This document shows positions 57,254 to 64,000 of a stretch of DNA of 64,000 nt, piece by piece. The stretch is taken from assembly GCA_964016885.1 (NCBI GenBank), contig OZ024740.1, forward strand, positions 16,244,001-16,308,000. The letters run 5' to 3'. Every line of letters begins with the position of its first letter. Position 1 is the first letter of the stretch. A program made the translations under genes and the position numbers. The notes below the pieces were generated by a model. It was not told the DNA's origin. It was given only the letters and a program-made list of their open reading frames with translations, and made no database searches. The DNA comes from Eledone cirrhosa. Lineage: Eukaryota.

Positions 57254-60200
57254 TTACAGACACATACTCAGAGAAGGCCCATTCATTCGGGCCATACTTG
57301 CTTCTCTCACCCATCTTTCAACAAAATGCTGGGAAGAGAGCACTTCCCTCTCTACCCTGATTTTCCTTTTCAAATGAAATTTGAAAAAGTAAATCAGGGC
57401 ATCACCGAAGAGGTAAGTGCTCGTCTTCAGCCCTTTCAAACGTGTCCACCATACTATCTCTTTCGCCATGGCCACCAGACAGATAAAAACTGCCTGCCCT
57501 TCCAGGCTAAAGGAAGGGGGCGGGGCAATCCTCACGATGGACTCAGCTGATAGCTGGATCCGTCCTACACGTGACAGCAGGTGTTCGACATAAACCCACA
57601 AGTCAGCAATGCTCGGACACTGGACGAGTGCGTGCAGGACGGTTTCGTCGCCCTGCGCGCATCTCGGATATGCCCGGCTGACGGCACCTCCATGCCTGTA
57701 GAGTTTATCCCGAACTGGCAAAGCTCCTCGGTAGCACTGCCAGGCCAGGGATTTCTGGAAGTTGTCCATAGGCCCCGGCCCGAAAGTCCTTCCGAAGAGA
57801 TTGGCTAGTTGATTTTCGTCGACGCCTAGAGTTTCTCCAAGTACGTCGTCGCTCTTCCCCTCCACTAATCCCCTATAGAACGCCAAGGTGGAGTTTCCAC
57901 CGATCACATTGCCCGATTGGTCGAGGGCTGTGAGCGCCTGAAGACATTCCAGTCTCCAAGCGCTTCCTCTCGGTCTTCGCTTGACCCAGGACTGCAGCTC
58001 CGTCAAGGAGACGAGCTGGGGAAAAACGTGTCTTGCAAACGGCGACCACACCTGATCACCATCGAGGAAGAGGTGGAGATGTCGTAGCCTGAGCGCGTGT
58101 CTGCGCATCATCAGCCACGGCATGCCCAGCCCTCCACGTAGCGGGTGTTGACAGCAGATGGACCGCCTGACCATCGGAGCGCGTCCCTTCCACAAGAAGC
58201 GAAAGAGCAAACGCTCCAGCGCAGTCAGGCGGGGCTTAGGACAAGGTACAACGGTCAGGCGGTAGTAGATCACGGATGCGATGTACGCATTCGCCACCTC
58301 CGCTCGACCTTTCAGGGATAGCTTCCTCTCGGCCCATTTCTGGGTGAGAGAAGCCACCCTGCTCGTCACCTCGTCCCAGTTTTTGTCCGTCTGGAGGTCT
58401 GGACCGAACCAGACCCCTAGCAATTTAACCGGTCCGTCTGTCCAGCGCCCGACGACGCTGTTGGACGGCATGGACCTGCCTCTCCAGGTGCCGAGCTGCA
58501 GGCCCACTGACTTTTCCTGGTTGATCATTGCTCCTGTCACCGCTTCGTATTCTCTTAGTGTAGTGCCGATCGCCTCGATGTGTTTGGCGTTCGACACCAC
58601 TACGGTGACATCGTCGGCATATGCTGACACGGATCTTCCGCATCCTAGTTCGCGCGGGACCCCCCTCAACGTCTCCAGTTTGTGCAGTAATGGCTCGAGA
58701 GTCAATACGTACAATAGGGACGAGAGGGGACATCCTTGGCGGACCGAGCGCATGATGTTGAACGGTTCCGAAAGGTGACCGTTCACTCTCACTACAGAGT
58801 AGATGTTGCTGTGCATGGCAGCGATCCAGCCTCTGAAGACGGGCCCAAAGCCAGCCGCCCTCAGGACTGCCTCTAGGTAACGATGGTCGACCCTATCGAA
58901 GCCTTTCGACTGATCAAAGACCCACCCGTGCCAGGTTCCCTAGCTACCCTCTCTACGATGTATCGCATGAGGTGGAGGTTGTCGTGGATGGATCTGTCGG
59001 GAATGGCGCATGTCTGTGCCTCTCCCACCAGACCACCAACGACAAGCGCCAACCTCTTTGCTAGCACCTTGGCCAAAATCTTGAACTCTGTGTTTAGCTG
59101 AGTTATGGGCCTAAAATTATCTATGTTATCCCCCTTATTCGGATCCTTTCTCAGCAGCGCCACCGCTCCTCGGCTCACAGAGCTGGGAATTCTCCCGTTC
59201 TGTTGCCAGTTGCAGTAGACGTCCGCCAAGAGGCCTCCGAACAAGTTTGGCATTTGTACGTAAAGTTCATAGGGCAGACCATCCAAACCAGGCGATTTAC
59301 CCCTTGTGCAACTAGTCATTGCATCCCGTACTTCAGCGGTTGTTATCGGCTTTTCGCAACACTCCACCTCAGTGGCCGAAAGCCGCGGCAGTCCGTCGAG
59401 GTAGACACTAAAGTCCATCCCTCGATCCGGCCCGCCACTGCCCCCGAACAGTTGAGCGAAGTGTCGCTGAAAAGCTTCACACATTTGCCCGGGATCAAGT
59501 AGCATGCGCCCGTCGTGGTCCACCAAAGACCGGATCGTGGCTTTGTTGCCACGACGCGCCTCCGCCACTCGGGCCCATTGAAAGGCTTTCGTCCCCTCGT
59601 GTCTGAGAGCACGCACCCTAGCTCTGACAACGCAACCTTCGTGCTTTGCATTGAAGAATTGGTCAAGGGCCAATTTCGCCGCAAGTACGTCGGTCGCGAT
59701 GCCTTTGCTAAGCGCCTCATCTAATTTTCTAACTAGTTCTCCCTCTGCTCTATTTTTCTCTATTGCTAAAGTCTTACTAAACCTAATGGACTCTATTCTA
59801 ATTGCTCTTTTCAGAGCAAACCACCACTTGTTGTTGACGATGGTCCCCGTCAACGCCCGCTTAACTAGTTCGCTAATCCGGTCTCTGTAGGCCTTGCGCG
59901 CTGGTAAGGACGCGTTTAGCTTCCAGTAGCCGGGTCTTCGCCTATGAAGCCTATCTAAGTCAAGCACACAGATCACGAATTTGTGGTCCGTGTAGCTGAC
60001 TATCTTGAATTGTGGACAGCCTATGCTAGACCTATCTATTTCCCTACAAAATACTCTATCTAGATATGATCTGGATGACCCTATGCGATTTGTCCAAGTC
60101 CACATTGGTACATTCGTGAAATCCATTCGGTACCTGTCAGACAGTTCAAAACGTCTGAGCAGGTTGGTGAGGCTCTTGCACCCTCCTTCCCTATCCACTA

Positions 60201-60663
60201 ATCCCACACAATCCCAGCGTGCATCTAAGATCCCGTTCCAGTCGCCCACTAACACTAAAGAGCGGGACGTTCCAAGAAAAGTCTCCAGACGCCGGAAGAA
60301 ATCAGGCCGCCCTGCTCCTGTCGGGGCATAGACGGCCACTAACCTGAAAGCTTGCCCGTCTCCGCTGGTCACGTCCAGCACCACCAACTTACCTTCTGGG
60401 TCCAGGAAGATGGCCCGTATGGCAAGATCCAAACTTCTCCGAAAAAGCACAGCAACTCCTCCCCCCGATCCCGGACGGCTGGGAGATGCGTACACATCGT
60501 AGCCGCCGAAGATCGGTGCGAAGGCCCGTGCTTCGGAGATTCTGGTCTCGCTGATGGCCACTACATCTATGTTTAGTGACCTGAGGTCATTTAGCAGGTG
60601 GCCCTGCTTCCATGACGACCCCAAGCCACGCGCATTTATGCTGCCTATTCTGAGTGAGGTCAT
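57254..60663 (-). pseudogene. LINE ORF2 (APE endonuclease plus RT), with one frameshift near 58915
   Basis: SINARGL, ISET, VYAP, GDWN, YLDR, TDH; KSPGLDGLPYE, FRPITQLN, DQSKGFDRVDH, VRQGCPLS, AYADDV, LLGVWF, (Y)PRC..H..C. Confidence 0.92.
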
Positions 60664-60702
60664 GTTGAAAAGGAGTGGAAAAGATGGGAAAGACCACTTA
60701 CC

Positions 60703-62677
60703 TTACTTCTCGTAGGGGAAGGACGGTTTTTCCATCCTTTTCACTGCTTGTGGCCTCCTCAGGAAGGATGTCCTTATAAATCCTCCTGGAGAGTGCTTGT
60801 CGGAAGTTCCGATGTCTTTGGGGAATTTTTGTTTTAGTGTCATGTACGTTTTCTGTGTGATGCGAGTGATTTGTATGTGTGGAGGTGGTGTGAATTTTGG
60901 GGTTGTTGTGTAGTCTTTTTCTGTGATGCTGGTGTTGTGTTGGATGTAGTGTAATAATTGCTTGTTGTTCAAATTTAATGCTGTGTAGTGTGTATCGTTT
61001 TGGTTGTTTTGTTTTGTTTGCGTTTGTTGTGGGTTTGTTTCTGTTTCGCATTTTGGTGACTTTTGTGGTGTAGGTGATGGTGGTGTTGGAGTTAATGATG
61101 GTGATGGTGTTGGTGTTTGGGTTGATGGGGTTGGTGATGCTGGTGTGGATGGTGGCATATCTGTCCTAACTTTTTTGTTTCTTAGTTTATTTGTTTCCCT
61201 CTGTATTTTGTTTTTGGAGGGGGAAGGAAGTGAATTTTTTCTTTTTTGGTTTCTTTTTTTTTCCGGATATCGTTTCCCACTCCTCGTCGTCACAATCTGT
61301 CTCCAGTTGTGATAGGCCGGGGAGTGGAAAATCCTCCACAGGCGTTAGTTTTGGTTGTGGCGTGGTGGATGGTGTAGGCGCTGGTGCTAGTTCTGAAGCG
61401 TTGGGTGGTGGTGGTGTTGGTTTTGCTGGTGGTGGTGGTAGTGGTGTTGGTTTTGCTACTGTTGCTGGGGTTGTTGCTGTTATAGTTGCTTCTGTTGTTG
61501 CTGCTACAGTTGTTGCTGCCATCTCTGCTACTGGTGGTGTTGATGGTTGTGTCACTGGGGTGGGTAGGAGAGGTGGCCTCAACCTTTTAGCCTGAGGGCA
61601 GAAAGCCCTTAGGTGGGTTCCTTCACCACAAACGACACACCTAGGTCTTCTGCCCTCGACAATTACCGTGAGGTGGCTGCCGTCAGTGAGGTCTATTACC
61701 TCTGGGATCTCCTCAATGCTTTTTTGGTCTGCTTGGATCAGGAGCTCCATCCCAGATCCGGACCAGTTCTGCTTTTCTTTTGCTATTGCTATTATTTTTG
61801 TGTTGGCTTCGATGCCGGCGAGGACGGCCGCTATTAGCCAGGGAATTTCGATGGCCGGTGGAACGTGGGTCACCCTGATCTTTACGAGTCTCTGGCCACA
61901 ATAGCTTGGGACGAGTGTGAAGTCGTCACTTCTTAATGGGGCCATGGAGTGTTCTCTAGCCTCCTCTGGTGTTTCAAAGAACACGTCCACGGTTCCATAC
62001 TTCTGCCCACGTCTGATGTGGGTTTTTCTTGCCCACACATGTCCCAAAGCTTTTTGGATTTGGGACTCGGATGCCCGTTCCACTCGGCGCGATTTTACAT
62101 TTATCGTTCGATACGACACGGTGCATAGGCGCCGATGCTCCATTTTATTAGGTGGGTGGGGTGGGGGGTGAGGCTTTCTTTACCATTGGCATTTTCTAAA
62201 TCCTCCTGAGTTACCGTAAATGCTTCGAACTGTTTTGCTACTATTGCAAAACTGAGGGTCGTTTTTATAATGTCATTGTTGTTGTTGTTGCTATCGTTAT
62301 TTGTGTTAATATTAATTTTAGTTTCAGTTGTGGTGGTGGTGACGTCAGTCGTCTTTGGTGGGGAAGAGTCCATTTTGCTTGATTTCATTTCGACATCACG
62401 AGTTAATTTATTTTTTTCTTCTTTTGTTTCTGTTGTCGCGGTGGTGGTGGGGGTGGTGGTTGTCGCGGTGGTGGTGGTGGTGGAGGCTTTAACACCTGCA
62501 GTCATTGGTAATGGCGGGAAATGAATGTCTGCCTGAGACAAATTTAAAATATTGCTACTGCTTATATTTTTTTTTGTGTTGGCAAACGTAGTAACATTTA
62601 CAATGGTGGTGTCGGTGTGAGGTGTTAATTTTTTGAGGAAGGCTTTCAGCTGCTTGGTGCAGAGGTGAATTAGCCAT
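60703..62677 (-). pseudogene. LINE ORF1 (Gag-like, zinc knuckle CVVCGEGTHLRAFC), split by frameshifts
   Basis: Overlapping ORFs 62101-62817, 61187-62143 and 60703-61293 lie upstream of ORF2; low-complexity P/T tracts; start codon position approximate. Confidence 0.75.
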
Positions 62678-62885
62678 TTTTTCAAAGAAATTTTTTGATA
62701 ATAATAAAAGTTTAAATTTTGGGCACAAGGCCACAATCTTTTTGGGTGTCCTTTTCGGAAAACAATGTATGTGCGCTTATAAACACAGTTAACAATAAAA
62801 TTTTCCATAAATGACAATTTTTAACAAACGGAAATAACAAACCTTTGCGGAGCTCACGATGATACGATTTACTACGTAGGTCGCC

Positions 62886-62940
<55 letters not shown>

Positions 62941-62944
<4 letters not shown>

Positions 62945-64000
62945 TTTCTTTATTAACCACAAGGGTTTACATAAAGTAGACATTAAGGACAGTGCAGGAC
63001 AATGCAGAACGGTACAAATGGGCATTTCTGCGTGTAAAAAACAAAAACAGAGGATGTAACAAAAATAACAATGAAAAATTCCCCAATAGGGGGGAGACTT
63101 CGGAGGGACATTTGTGGAGAAAGCCCAGTAAAAGGCCACAATGACCCTGACCACCAAGGCAAGTGCCCTCTCCCAGTTTTCCACCTTTAATTTACAGATA
63201 TATACTCAGAGTAGCCCATTCACTCGGGCCATTCTTGCTTCTCTCACCCATCTTTCAACAAAATGCTGGGCAGAGAGCACTTCCCTCTCTACTCTGATTT
63301 TCCTTTTCAAATGAAATTTGAAAAAGTCAATCAGAGCATCACCGAAGAGGTAAGTGCTCGTCTTCAGCCCTTTCAAACGTGTCCACCATACTATCTCTTT
63401 CGCCATGGCCACCAGACAGATAAAAACTGCCTGCCCTTCCCGGCTAAAGGAGGAGGGCGGGGCGATCCTCACGATGGACTCAGATGATAGCCGGATACGT
63501 CCTAAACGCGACAGCAGGTGTTCGACATAAACCCACAAGTCAGCAATTTTCGGACACTGGACGAGTGCGTGCAGGACGGTTTCGTCGCCCTGCGCGCATC
63601 TCGGACATGCCCGGCTGACGGCACCTCCATGCCTGTAGAGTTTATCCCGAACTGGCAAAGCTCCTCGGTAGCACTGCCAGGCCAGGGATTTCTGGAAGTT
63701 GTCCATAGGCCCCGGCCCGAAAGTCCTTCCGAAGAGATTGGCTAGTTGATTTTCGTCGACGCCTAGAGTTTCTCCAAGTACGTCGTCGCTCTTCCCCTCC
63801 ACTAATCCCCTATAGAACGCCAAGGTGGAGTTTCCACCGATCACATTGCCCGATTGGTCGAGGGCTGTGAGCGCCTGAAGACATTCCAGTCTCCAAGCGC
63901 TCCCTCTCGGTCTTCGCTTGACCCAGGACTGCAGCTCCGTCAAGGAGACGAGCTGGGGAAAAACGTGTCTTGCAAACGGCGACCACACCTGATCACCATC
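62941..64000 (-). mobile_element. 3' end of a second Tx1/L1-like copy, running off the right edge
   Basis: Highly similar to 57010-58062; intact CPRC..H..C; same AATAAA-(TTA)n end. Confidence 0.93.

Larger units (their letters stand above)
57010..62885 (-). mobile_element. Near full-length Tx1/L1-clade LINE (about 5.9 kb) between (TAA)n tracts
   Basis: ORF1 with a CCHC knuckle, ORF2 with APE-RT-CCHC, AATAAA at 57023-57018 followed by (TTA)n. Confidence 0.93.

Noticed and set aside
57203-63745. Plus-strand ORFs over the Tx1 copies
   Set aside because: They are antisense shadows of the GC-rich minus-strand LINE ORFs.

Overview
Eukaryotic, repeat-saturated DNA with no recognisable host gene. 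The SINEs and very high (TA)n/(CA)n content look like an octopus or other cephalopod genome, which is an inference from recall. Bases 1-22880 are a 42-bp satellite with kb-scale higher-order duplications, followed by a 46-bp minisatellite. The remainder is microsatellite-rich and holds a decayed RTE LINE with three C-terminal C2H2 fingers, two truncated Penelope-like (Naiad-type RT/GIY-YIG) elements, an R4/Dong-like 3' fragment, tRNA-derived SINEs, minisatellites and two head-to-tail Tx1/L1-like LINEs. The main unexplained signal is about 20 type I hammerhead-ribozyme motifs in at least 10 different short non-coding elements between 23.8 and 55.1 kb. Most sit in (TA)n tracts, often as fold-back palindromes. 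Most have palindromic stem III loops, and many share a GAGTRCT-like motif 45-75 nt from their 3' end with the Naiad-type element. This suggests a diverse, microsatellite-targeting, non-autonomous ribozyme-retroelement system. All pairings and coordinates were read by eye.
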